A program made the position numbers and the translations under genes. The notes under the pieces are model-generated. The model saw only the letters and a list, made by a program, of their open reading frames with translations, had not been told where the DNA came from and made no database searches. Positions 18,402-27,246 of a DNA stretch of 64,000 nucleotides are shown here, piece by piece; the first letter of the stretch is position 1, and the number at the start of each line of letters is the position of its first letter. The DNA comes from an uncultured virus (IMG/VR IMGVR_UViG_3300045911_000754) (lineage: Duplodnaviria > Heunggongvirae > Uroviricota > Caudoviricetes), in the IMG/VR virus record IMGVR_UViG_3300045911_000754. The stretch is one strand, 5' to 3'.

Positions 18402-20609
18402 GTGCGTTGCAAGCGTCCCGTCGTCAACCCAGCCCGTCTCCATCGACGGGCACAGCAAGTCAGCGAAGGTTCGATCGCCGTGGGAACTAGCCAGCGAGAT
18501 CGCTTCAGCGTTGAACGGTCGGCTAGCAGGCGATCAGCGATCAAGCGCTGGTTCAGGGAAGGGGGTCAGTACTTTGTTGAGTGGAGCGAGTCGTACTATC
18601 GCCGCCCTCCTGATGGCATTCCGATCACCTGGAATGAACCCTACCTAAAGCCCTTCTACCTGGCCTTCGGCAACCCCTGGCTGGAATATCTGATCTGCCA
18701 AAAACCAGCCCAGGTCTACTTCTCGGAATCGCTGGTCAATCTTTGTGCCTTTGCCTTGACGATCGGCGTGCCCGTCGGGTTTGGGTTTGAGCGGGAATCG
18801 AAGCTGCGAGACATGGTGGGCCCACGGATCCAGACCGCCTTCGATTTCGTGGAGCCAATCCGGGAGTTGAAGCGTCGTCGCCAAGAGTTGACCGGCCGCG
18901 CAGATACCGACCTGAAGAGCCGCGTGATGACGGTTGGCGGGGTAACAGCAACGTTCTTCTACGCCTCGACATCGAAGAAGGCTGGGGGTTCCGAGCGCCA
19001 GGCCTCTTCCTCGATCTCATCGTGGCCGGGCTATGTGATGCTCTGTGATGAGATTGAATTATGGCCCGAAGGCGTGATCGACGTAGCCAAGTCCCGTCAG
19101 CTCAGCTTCAACCCGCCGGACTACCCGACCCGCCCGTTTCGAGCTGGTAGCACGCCGGGGCACGAGGGGGGTGTCACCGATCGGGAGGTCAAGTCCGCCG
19201 ATTGTTTTTTTCAGTGGCGAGTGATCTGCCCCCATTGTGGCGAACCACAGCTCCTGGACGTGTTCGGCAACTTTCTGAGGCCCGAGCCAAGCGACGACGG
19301 CGATCGCTATCTGACGACGATGGGCCGCCCGATCGACTGGTTTGCTCATGATCATAGCAGCAGCCGCGCACGTCAGGAGACGGCCTACGTTGGCTGTCGG
19401 TATTGTGGAGGCGAGCTTGATTGGGAGACCCGCGCCGCCGGTGAGTATTGGTGCACCTATACAAACCAGCCAATGCTTCCCTTGCTTGATCGCCTCTGTC
19501 GCGATCGTACCCCGATTCGTCGCGCGGCGATTGAGATTACCCCCCTCAGCAGTAGCCGATTCTCGGCCCCCGAAGCGATCTTGTCCCTGCTGCGATCGCG
19601 CAATCCCTCCGATACGATCCAACAGATGCTTGGCAAGTCCGTCTCGATCGGTTCTGGCAAGATCCAGCTCCCGACCGTGCAGGCGGCGATTGCTCGGCCA
19701 CTGCCTGCCTGGGATGCCGTTGATCGTCACCTTGTTGTGATCGGAGCCGACCAGGGGCGCGAGGGGCATTGGTCAGTTGTCACGCGCTGGCATCTGCCGA
19801 TCGCCGCCGATCATGAAACCGCGTGGCGCGATGCCTTTGTCGAGATCCTTGAGTCCAAACGATTGCACGGCTTTGCAGAGCTAGAGGCGTGGCGTAGGCA
19901 GCATGCGGCCGATCTCGTGGGGATTGACAACGAACCCGAAGTGACCTTGGCTGCTGACTACGCGCGTCAACGCTCCGAAGATTTCCGTCACTCCCAGTCG
20001 TCTGACAGGTATCGCCCTCTCTCCGACGGGTCTTATCGCGTGGCGATCACTCAGCTGCACCCGGATCTGGTCAGCCTGCTGGCGCGGCACGGGTGGAACC
20101 TGGTCGCCAACGATGACAGCAGCTATCGACTTTGTCCTACCCCGTCATCCGAGCCGATCAAGTCCATGGCTCGCTCCCTGAAACGTAGCTTCGGGCTGAC
20201 TTTTTTGGACGCGGTCAAGAATCACACCGGGCGCTCAATCTATCTGTTTGACCAGGTGGCCTTGCGGGGCGAGCCTTTCCGTAGGACTACCCGCAACGTT
20301 CAGGGTGACGAGGTTCCGGTCTGGGCCATTGATCGCACCTACGCCCTGGACGCGGTGCGAGATCGCCTGAGCCGGGGGCTGCTGTCCCTTCCAGATGGAC
20401 AGACCTACAACCCCAATGATCCTGAAAATCTAATCCTACACCTGATTAGCAGCGATCGCCAGAGCGACGGCCGTTGGGTCGAATCACCAGGGCAGCCGGA
20501 TCACTACTTTCATGCCTTGTGTTTTGCTGAGATGGCGGTGCTGTGCAGCGCCCACGAACCCAAGCGTGGCGGCGGCCTGTCTTTGCAATCCCTGGGCGAT
20601 CGCCTCTAG
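18402..20609 (+). CDS. Terminase large subunit, lambda GpA-like
   Basis: QKPAQVYFSE (GpA Walker A-like), VMLCDE Walker B, GSTP, FQWRVICPHCG and CRYCG Zn motifs, VIGADQG and DHYFHAL nuclease motifs. Confidence 0.88.
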   Translation: MRCKRPVVNPARLHRRAQQVSEGSIAVGTSQRDRFSVERSASRRSAIKRWFREGGQYFVEWSESYYRRPPDGIPITWNEPYLKPFYLAFGNPWLEYLICQKPAQVYFSESLVNLCAFALTIGVPVGFGFERESKLRDMVGPRIQTAFDFVEPIRELKRRRQELTGRADTDLKSRVMTVGGVTATFFYASTSKKAGGSERQASSSISSWPGYVMLCDEIELWPEGVIDVAKSRQLSFNPPDYPTRPFRAGSTPGHEGGVTDREVKSADCFFQWRVICPHCGEPQLLDVFGNFLRPEPSDDGDRYLTTMGRPIDWFAHDHSSSRARQETAYVGCRYCGGELDWETRAAGEYWCTYTNQPMLPLLDRLCRDRTPIRRAAIEITPLSSSRFSAPEAILSLLRSRNPSDTIQQMLGKSVSIGSGKIQLPTVQAAIARPLPAWDAVDRHLVVIGADQGREGHWSVVTRWHLPIAADHETAWRDAFVEILESKRLHGFAELEAWRRQHAADLVGIDNEPEVTLAADYARQRSEDFRHSQSSDRYRPLSDGSYRVAITQLHPDLVSLLARHGWNLVANDDSSYRLCPTPSSEPIKSMARSLKRSFGLTFLDAVKNHTGRSIYLFDQVALRGEPFRRTTRNVQGDEVPVWAIDRTYALDAVRDRLSRGLLSLPDGQTYNPNDPENLILHLISSDRQSDGRWVESPGQPDHYFHALCFAEMAVLCSAHEPKRGGGLSLQSLGDRL

Positions 20610-20656
20610 TGGGGTAAACTTGTGCTGGGTTTTCTGGAATATGCACAGGAATCAAA

Positions 20657-20959
20657 ATGCAAGCTCGCACAATCATCGAACGACATCAAGGCTTCAACGG
20701 CGATCGTCTCTGGCATCTGTGCCGATTCGCTGATCGTTGGGCTTACCACGAAGAGTCCTCCTTTGGGTTGATCGAGGCAGGCACGGATCCTGGTGGTTGC
20801 TACTGGGCTTGGTGCAAAAGCAAAGATGATCGCACCCAGTCAGCCACGGGTTGTGCCTCGCTGGTTGAATCGCTGGTTGCGCTGTCGGGGCGGTTGTCGC
20901 AGTCCGGGGTTCGATGGGTTCCTCCGGTCGAGTCACTCGCTGAGGTGATCGAAGGGTAG
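20657..20959 (+). CDS. Hypothetical protein
   Basis: AGGA RBS, 100 aa, co-oriented. Confidence 0.6.
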   Translation: MQARTIIERHQGFNGDRLWHLCRFADRWAYHEESSFGLIEAGTDPGGCYWAWCKSKDDRTQSATGCASLVESLVALSGRLSQSGVRWVPPVESLAEVIEG

Positions 20960-21009
20960 CACGGGTTGCGCTAGTCTAGTTGCAGTAATTGATCGATAGA
21001 TGCAAGGAA

Positions 21010-21456
21010 ATGTCAGAGCTGCAAAGGCGATTCGGGTTGAACTGGGAGTCTTGGTTTCCCGAAATCGACCTGTTTAGTGAGTGGCGATTCATGCCACCGC
21101 GTCGCTTCCGATTTGATTTTGCCCACCCTGAGTCACGGGTTGCGATCGAAATCCAAGGAGCGATCTGGGTGAACGGCCGTCACTCCCGTGGCTCGGGATT
21201 ACTCAAGGAGCACGAGAAGTTGAACCTTGCAGCCGCCCAGGGCTGGCGCGTCTTCTTTCTCAGTGTCAATACGATCAATGATCACTCCCTATACGACCAA
21301 ATCGCGCAAACAATCACCAGCACAAGCAATTTATGGACACCTTTCCTTCGCCCACGGGAGACCCCGTCTTTTACCGAACCTACAGCCGCCGCCGGCAAGA
21401 TTCCGGTGGCCGCGAGTCCTGGTCAATCGCCGTCAATCGCGCGGTCACGGGGCTAA
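21010..21456 (+). CDS. PD-(D/E)XK endonuclease (DUF559/Vsr-like)
   Basis: EWRF..RRFRFDFA....VAIEIQG...GRH.RG....EK.N.A...GWRVF; 3' end overlaps nrdJ. Confidence 0.8.
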   Translation: MSELQRRFGLNWESWFPEIDLFSEWRFMPPRRFRFDFAHPESRVAIEIQGAIWVNGRHSRGSGLLKEHEKLNLAAAQGWRVFFLSVNTINDHSLYDQIAQTITSTSNLWTPFLRPRETPSFTEPTAAAGKIPVAASPGQSPSIARSRG

Positions 21457-23609
21457 GGTTTGCTCGGTTCACGCCCGAAGAGTCTTACCTGATCAGCACC
21501 GAAGCCCTGTCCCAGCGAGCGATGCCATCGGGCCGTTGGCTGTGGGTTGGGGGTACGGATTGGGTTGCTGACCCCCACAATTTTGCCGGGGCCTACAACT
21601 GTTCCTCGACTGAAGTTTCCGACCCCGCCGCCTTTGGGTTGCTGATGGATTTAGCGATGACGGGTTGTGGCACGGGAGCGGTTCTAGAGAGTCGCTGTGT
21701 TGGGCAGTTGCCGCCGGTCAGAAACGAGCTTGCCGTGACGATCACCGGCAACTTTGGTGACCAGGATCCAGGCAATTCCGACACAGTCCTTCTCCCTGGC
21801 GACGACGGTGGTTACGTGATCCAAGTGGGGGACAGCCGGAAGGGGTGGGTCTCTGCCTACCAGGCGTTGATTGACATGGCGATGAGCCCGTCGCTACCCT
21901 CTGTAGTTTCTGTCATCATCGACATCAGCCACGTCCGCCCGATGGGTCGTCCCCTCAAGGGGTTTGGCGGGGTGGCGAATCCCAGCAAGCTGCCGGGGCT
22001 GTTCCCTCGGATTGCTCGGATCCTGAATGGGGCCAAGGGGCGGCAACTGACCTCTGGGGAATGCTGCCTGCTGATTGACGAGGCGGCGATCGTCGTGGTT
22101 AGCGGCAACATCCGCCGATCGGCCGGGATTCGACAGTTCGACGCAACCGCGCCGCTGCTGAAACAGGATCTATGGGTTCAGGTGGACGGGCGCTGGCAAA
22201 TCGATCCTGATCGGGACGCGCTGCGGGCCGCCAACCATACCCGTGTCTGGCACACCAAGCCCACGGAATCCGAGTGCGTCGAGGCTGTTCGCAAGCAGTT
22301 CTACTCGGGTGAGGGCGCGATCCAGTACGCCCCAGAAGCGGTCTGTCGCGCTAGTGCTGACCTGCTATCTTTTGACGATCAGATTCGACGCGATTTTCTA
22401 CGGGTCTACACTGGCCCAGGCGGCCGGCGAGCGGCTGCTGAATTTCTGTCACGCTTGTCGCCTGAGTCTTCGGACTGGGAGATCTCTGATCGGCTTCAGC
22501 GGTACGGGTTGAATCCCTGCGCCGAAATCATCATGAGAGACAACTTCTGCAACCTGGGAGAAGTCCACCTGAACCAAATCGACCCCTTTGATTCCAAGTC
22601 CCAAGCCAGGGCCTTCCGTGCGGCGGCCCTGTTTGCCGCACCTTTGCTACACCACGACCTCTCTTTGGTGGATGGACGCTATTACCGCAGTCGGCGGATC
22701 GACCCGATCGTCGGAATTTCCTTTACTGGGCTTTTTGACTTTTTTGTCAAGGCGTTCGGCGTTGAGTGGCTGCGCTGGTGGGAGGCGGGTCGCCCGGACA
22801 CAGCACAAGGCTTGGAGTTTAAGAGTCAAGAACGGCAATACCTCAGTCGTTGGCGCGAGATTGTCCACCAGACGGTTTGGGACTATTGCGATCGCCATGG
22901 CCTACGCCGCCCCAACCGCTGCACCACAGTTCAGCCCAGTGGAACCAAGAGTCTGCTGACGGGGGCCTCGCCCGGCTGGCATCCGCCCAAGGCGGCTCGG
23001 TTCATCCGGCGCATCACCTTTGCAAAGAACGACCCGGTGGCTCGGGCTTGTTTGGACTATGGCTATAGCGTTGTGCCATCCCAGTCAGACAAGGACGAAG
23101 ACGGCCGCTTGTTGGACGATCCGTTTGACCCGCGCTGTACCGAGTGGCTGGTGGAGATTCCGGTGGCAGTGCCTTGGGCGGACTTGCCGGGGGCGGACAC
23201 GATCGCGATCGAGCGGTTCAGCGCCCTCGCTCAGTTTGACTTCTACATGCAGGTGCAAACCCACTACACCACCCACAACACCAGCGCCACGATCGAGCTA
23301 CGGGAGTCAGAAATCGAACCCCTGGGCCAGCGGATCTACCAGGCGATTCAGAACGACGAGGGGTATATTTCGGTGGCGCTGTTGGCCCGGTTCGACAACT
23401 TGGAGACCTATCCTCGGCTGCCCTTTGAGCCGATTTCCCGCGAGACCTATGACCGGTTGGCGGCGGCGGTGCGCGATCGCCGTAAACCGGGTTCGTTCCA
23501 TGATCACCTGGCTCGACATGATCGGGACGTCTTGAGTCAACCCCAAGCATCCGAGCAAGGGCCGGCCGCTTGCGATTCTGATCGTTGCTTGACGCCTGAA
23601 CTCTACTAG
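21333..23609 (+). CDS. nrdJ: Class II (adenosylcobalamin-dependent) ribonucleoside-triphosphate reductase, cyanobacterial type
   Basis: PVFYRTYSRR, PSGRWLWVGG, YNCSST, GNIRRSAGIRQ, GLNPCAEI, TTVQPSGTKSLL, C-terminal CDSDRC. Confidence 0.95.
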   Translation: MDTFPSPTGDPVFYRTYSRRRQDSGGRESWSIAVNRAVTGLRFARFTPEESYLISTEALSQRAMPSGRWLWVGGTDWVADPHNFAGAYNCSSTEVSDPAAFGLLMDLAMTGCGTGAVLESRCVGQLPPVRNELAVTITGNFGDQDPGNSDTVLLPGDDGGYVIQVGDSRKGWVSAYQALIDMAMSPSLPSVVSVIIDISHVRPMGRPLKGFGGVANPSKLPGLFPRIARILNGAKGRQLTSGECCLLIDEAAIVVVSGNIRRSAGIRQFDATAPLLKQDLWVQVDGRWQIDPDRDALRAANHTRVWHTKPTESECVEAVRKQFYSGEGAIQYAPEAVCRASADLLSFDDQIRRDFLRVYTGPGGRRAAAEFLSRLSPESSDWEISDRLQRYGLNPCAEIIMRDNFCNLGEVHLNQIDPFDSKSQARAFRAAALFAAPLLHHDLSLVDGRYYRSRRIDPIVGISFTGLFDFFVKAFGVEWLRWWEAGRPDTAQGLEFKSQERQYLSRWREIVHQTVWDYCDRHGLRRPNRCTTVQPSGTKSLLTGASPGWHPPKAARFIRRITFAKNDPVARACLDYGYSVVPSQSDKDEDGRLLDDPFDPRCTEWLVEIPVAVPWADLPGADTIAIERFSALAQFDFYMQVQTHYTTHNTSATIELRESEIEPLGQRIYQAIQNDEGYISVALLARFDNLETYPRLPFEPISRETYDRLAAAVRDRRKPGSFHDHLARHDRDVLSQPQASEQGPAACDSDRCLTPELY

Positions 23610-23617
23610 CCACGCCC

Positions 23618-24190
23618 ATGAAACCCCCTGTTCGCTACAAAGTCAAGTCCCCAGCCTCCTCGTCTCCCCCAGGTTCCCACCGAAAGTCACGCACTCGCCA
23701 GGAGTGGATCCAGTGGGGGCTGATCGATGTCCCGCGAGAATATTTCCCCGACTGGGTGTACGAATCGCTGCCCCCACTGGGAGAGTTCTGTGAAGCGGAG
23801 ATCCAGCATGGACTAAATGTCATCGCCGTTCAAGAGCGATCGCTGGAGATTCAGCTATCCAATCCGCGCCTGTCCGAATCACGGAGATCGGCATTTGTCA
23901 ATATCCAGCTAAGCCAGCTCGCCCCCCAGCGATCTCTCTTGCTAGATTCCCTGCACCGTGCTCAAGGGCAATCTTGGATCAAACAAAATGGATTTTGTCA
24001 AGTCATCAAGTCCATCTTGGATTTGCTTGACAACACGTCAAGTCCAGAGCAAGTCTGTGCGGCACTGGACACGATCCAGTCCCTGTTCACTGACCACAAC
24101 TACCAAGAAGGGGGTGTGTCCGTTGCTCGACTTCGAACAGCGCTACGGCAGACAGCCAAAGTGGATCCAGTCGGCGTCGCACACGAATGA
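23618..24190 (+). CDS. Hypothetical protein
   Basis: 190 aa ATG ORF following nrdJ. Confidence 0.65.
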   Translation: MKPPVRYKVKSPASSSPPGSHRKSRTRQEWIQWGLIDVPREYFPDWVYESLPPLGEFCEAEIQHGLNVIAVQERSLEIQLSNPRLSESRRSAFVNIQLSQLAPQRSLLLDSLHRAQGQSWIKQNGFCQVIKSILDLLDNTSSPEQVCAALDTIQSLFTDHNYQEGGVSVARLRTALRQTAKVDPVGVAHE

Positions 24191-24569
24191 TTTTCTTGAG
24201 GGCGTGCGCTACCCAAGCGGAGTACTGTGGATGGCGGGCGGCGAGGTTGCTCCTGTGCCGGATCTGTGGGAGCCTCGGGAGGTCGAGGACTTACCTTGGG
24301 CGATCATTCAGGCGTTACCCGAGGTGACCGCTGCGTGGTGCTGCCGAGATTACTGGGTTGGGGTGGGCCACTCGCGGGTGGCGATCGCCCGTCGAGACTC
24401 CCTGCCCCTGGGGCAACTGTCTGACCTGGCAGGCATCAAGCATGAATTTCTGGGAGGGCAGGTGATGGCGGCGATCATCATACCGCCCCACGGTTGTCCC
24501 AGGGACGACTCGGTGTGGGTCATTGAGGTGATCGACCCGCCCCAGGCGAGTGTTGACTCATTTTGTTGA
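23958..24569 (+). CDS. Hypothetical protein (true start probably downstream of ~24160)
   Basis: Fills gap in co-oriented run. Confidence 0.45.
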   Translation: MLKGNLGSNKMDFVKSSSPSWICLTTRQVQSKSVRHWTRSSPCSLTTTTKKGVCPLLDFEQRYGRQPKWIQSASHTNDFLEGVRYPSGVLWMAGGEVAPVPDLWEPREVEDLPWAIIQALPEVTAAWCCRDYWVGVGHSRVAIARRDSLPLGQLSDLAGIKHEFLGGQVMAAIIIPPHGCPRDDSVWVIEVIDPPQASVDSFC

Positions 24570-24616
24570 CACTGCGCTAATATTTGTGCAGAAATGCACG
24601 TACGCACGCACTTGAG

Positions 24617-25042
24617 ATGTTCACTCTGGAGGATCCGGCCACTTGGCCGCGCGAGGGCGATCAGCTTTGGCTACCATGGCATAGCTTGATCGCCTTTACC
24701 GTTGCGGGGTGCTACCTGGAAGACGGGCACCCTCGCGTTAAGTTCGTTGACGGAAAGGTCGACTGGCTGCTGGGGTGGCAGCACTACCCCAGGGTGGGCG
24801 ACGAGGTTATCATCGCGGCTCGACCTCTGAAGCAGTTTTACCCGGAACACAAAAACCAAGGGAAACGTGATCGGCTGACCCGGGAGACCCTGAGGATTGT
24901 GAGTGAGTCCCGGCGGCCGCTGTGGGGCGTCGCCTCGGGGTATGGCGGCCGCTTCTTTCGTTTGGAGTCAATCAAGGGTAGCGGCAAGTCCGTTGTCTTG
25001 CCCGACCTTTGTTGCGTCGTCATTAGAAGGCAGCTCCAGTGA
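24617..25042 (+). CDS. Hypothetical protein
   Basis: GTGA-coupled to helicase gene. Confidence 0.6.
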   Translation: MFTLEDPATWPREGDQLWLPWHSLIAFTVAGCYLEDGHPRVKFVDGKVDWLLGWQHYPRVGDEVIIAARPLKQFYPEHKNQGKRDRLTRETLRIVSESRRPLWGVASGYGGRFFRLESIKGSGKSVVLPDLCCVVIRRQLQ

Positions 25043-27195
25043 CGATCGCCCAGGCTTTGAAATATTTGGCTCCCACCTTCGACCCGATCAACCGCGCTCG
25101 CTACGAGAAGATCGCTGATCGGGTTGACTCGCTGCATCCCTGGGAGCGGGTGCGCTGGGCAACCCTACTGCAGGGCCAGCGCGATCACCTGAACTCCGTG
25201 TCGATCAGCATCCCGACCCCCGACGAGGCGATCGCCTTCTTTCGGTCACACAAAGGCTGGCAGCGGCAACTGGCCGCACTACAAGGGGAGTGGTCTTTGT
25301 CCACGCGGGACTGGGCTGGTGGGTGGGAGTGGGGTGCGTGCCTGCTTTGCCTTGCTCAGTGGCAATCTGAGATCTTACTCTACGAGGAGTTGATCGAAAT
25401 CCTCAGCACGGGCGGCGTGCCCACCCCCAAACAGGTAGGGGCGTGCTTTCGCGGCTTTGACATGGATCGCGATCTATTAGAGCTGTCGCAGTTGGACATA
25501 CCCCTTCCCTCAGTAGTCCTAGCCCGGATAAGGGCCTCAAGGGCGGAGGCGGTGGAGACGCGCCCGTCGATCAGCTACGAGCGCCGGGGGTTGTGGGTCG
25601 CCTTCCCCTACGATGCCATGACCGTAGGCAAGTTGCGAGGGTTGCAGCAAGAGCTAGGGTTGACCAAATCGTTTGACTCCAAATCGAAGCGCTGGCGATT
25701 CCCCCTTAGCGCGATCACCGCCCTGGTCGATTTGTTGCCTGAGGCGACGCTAGATGATCAGTCTGCCAAGCTGATGGAGGAGGGGCGATCGTCGCAGTCC
25801 GCGCAGCACGTTCGGTTTGAACAGGCCCGCAGGCATCTTGCCTACGATCTTCCCTGTGGGCTGTCCTTGCTGGAGCATCAGCGATCGGGCGCGGCCAAGA
25901 TGCTGGAACAACCCATGATTGTTGCCGACGACATGGGGCTGGGCAAGACGATCATGTCTCTATCGGCGGCGCGGTGCTTTCAGGTGGCCTTCGGAGACCG
26001 GGTGCTGGTCTTGTCTCCGTCGTCATTGCGTGACAACTGGCAGCGTGAAGCCGACAGGGTGGGGGTCGAGGTGGAGATCCATAGCTGGAGCAAGGTTCCC
26101 GACCCACCCGAGACGCCCTACGTGCTCATCGCCGACGAGGCCCACTACGCGAAATCAGGGGGTAAGACCCAGCGGGGGCAGCGGTTCTTGGATCTGGCGT
26201 TGAGTCAGCACTGTGTCGTCTGCTGGCCTCTAACCGGGACGCCCATGAAGAATGGACTGCCAATCGAGTTGCTCCCACTACTCCAGGCGATCCGTCACCC
26301 ACTGGCGCAAAACCCTCGTGCCTACGAGATTAAGTATTGCGACGGGCAATACCGCCCCACGCCCGGGCGGAGTACGCGCCATTGGTGGAACAAGGGTGCA
26401 CGTGGACTGGATGAGCTTTCTCGACTAGTGTCACCCTACATGCTGCGCCGCAAGAAAGAGGACTGCCTGGACTTGCCACCCAAGACGCGGGTGATCCGAC
26501 CGGTCGAGGTCAGTGGCAAGGCACTTGATTTGTACCAGTCAGTGTTCGCGCGGCTGCAAGCAGAGCACCATGCCAGGATCCAGGCGGGGGAAATCCAGGG
26601 TGACCCCACGGCGGCGGCGCTGGTCGAGCTGGGCCAGTTGCGTCAAGCGGTCAGCATGGCTAAGACCGAGGCGGCGATTGAGATTGCTGAAGAGGTGGTG
26701 GCGCAAGGGCACTCGATCGTGTTGTTCACCGACTTTGTCCCCAGCGCCAAGCGATTGGCAAATTTGCTTGTCGGTCAAGGGCTGACGGTGGATTTATTGA
26801 CGGGCGAGACCCCAGCCGGCGAGCGTCAGGCGATCGTTGATCGATTCCAGTCAGGCGCGATCCAGGTTTTCGTGGGAACAATCAAGGCTGGTGGCGTGGG
26901 GCTGACATTGACCCGATCAAGCACGGTTGTGTTGGTCGACCGCCCTTGGTCTCCCGGTGATGCAGTCCAAGCAGAGGATCGCTGCTACCGCATTGGCACG
27001 ACCTCGAACGTGCTGTCCCTGTGGTTGCAGTTTGGGCCGATCGATGAGCGGGTGGATGATGTGCTATCCCAGAAGAGCGATCGGATTGAGCTGGTCTTGC
27101 AGGGTAAGCGCAAAACCCTGCGGGGCGTGAAAGACCTCAACGCGATCGCCCTGGAGCTGGCGACGGACATCTTTGGCAAGAATAGCCGTCGTTGA
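25039..27195 (+). CDS. SNF2-family helicase with HARP-like domain
   Basis: ADDMGLGKT, IADEAH, LTGTP, RRKKED.LDLPPK, GGVGLTLT, QAEDRCYRIG; upstream LWVAFPYD...FDSKSKRWRFP. Confidence 0.9.
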   Translation: MTIAQALKYLAPTFDPINRARYEKIADRVDSLHPWERVRWATLLQGQRDHLNSVSISIPTPDEAIAFFRSHKGWQRQLAALQGEWSLSTRDWAGGWEWGACLLCLAQWQSEILLYEELIEILSTGGVPTPKQVGACFRGFDMDRDLLELSQLDIPLPSVVLARIRASRAEAVETRPSISYERRGLWVAFPYDAMTVGKLRGLQQELGLTKSFDSKSKRWRFPLSAITALVDLLPEATLDDQSAKLMEEGRSSQSAQHVRFEQARRHLAYDLPCGLSLLEHQRSGAAKMLEQPMIVADDMGLGKTIMSLSAARCFQVAFGDRVLVLSPSSLRDNWQREADRVGVEVEIHSWSKVPDPPETPYVLIADEAHYAKSGGKTQRGQRFLDLALSQHCVVCWPLTGTPMKNGLPIELLPLLQAIRHPLAQNPRAYEIKYCDGQYRPTPGRSTRHWWNKGARGLDELSRLVSPYMLRRKKEDCLDLPPKTRVIRPVEVSGKALDLYQSVFARLQAEHHARIQAGEIQGDPTAAALVELGQLRQAVSMAKTEAAIEIAEEVVAQGHSIVLFTDFVPSAKRLANLLVGQGLTVDLLTGETPAGERQAIVDRFQSGAIQVFVGTIKAGGVGLTLTRSSTVVLVDRPWSPGDAVQAEDRCYRIGTTSNVLSLWLQFGPIDERVDDVLSQKSDRIELVLQGKRKTLRGVKDLNAIALELATDIFGKNSRR

Positions 27196-27201
27196 CCTCA
27201 A

Positions 27202-27237
27202 CGCATCCCGCCTTGACAATCACCAGGGCGGGATGCG
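27202..27237. terminator. Hairpin between convergent helicase genes
   Basis: cgcatcccgccttg ... cagggcgggatgcg. Confidence 0.7.
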
Positions 27238-27246
27238 GGATGCGGG

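Noticed and set aside
21333..23609. Intein in nrdJ
   Set aside because: GLNPCAEI and other motifs are contiguous and the length fits an intein-free enzyme
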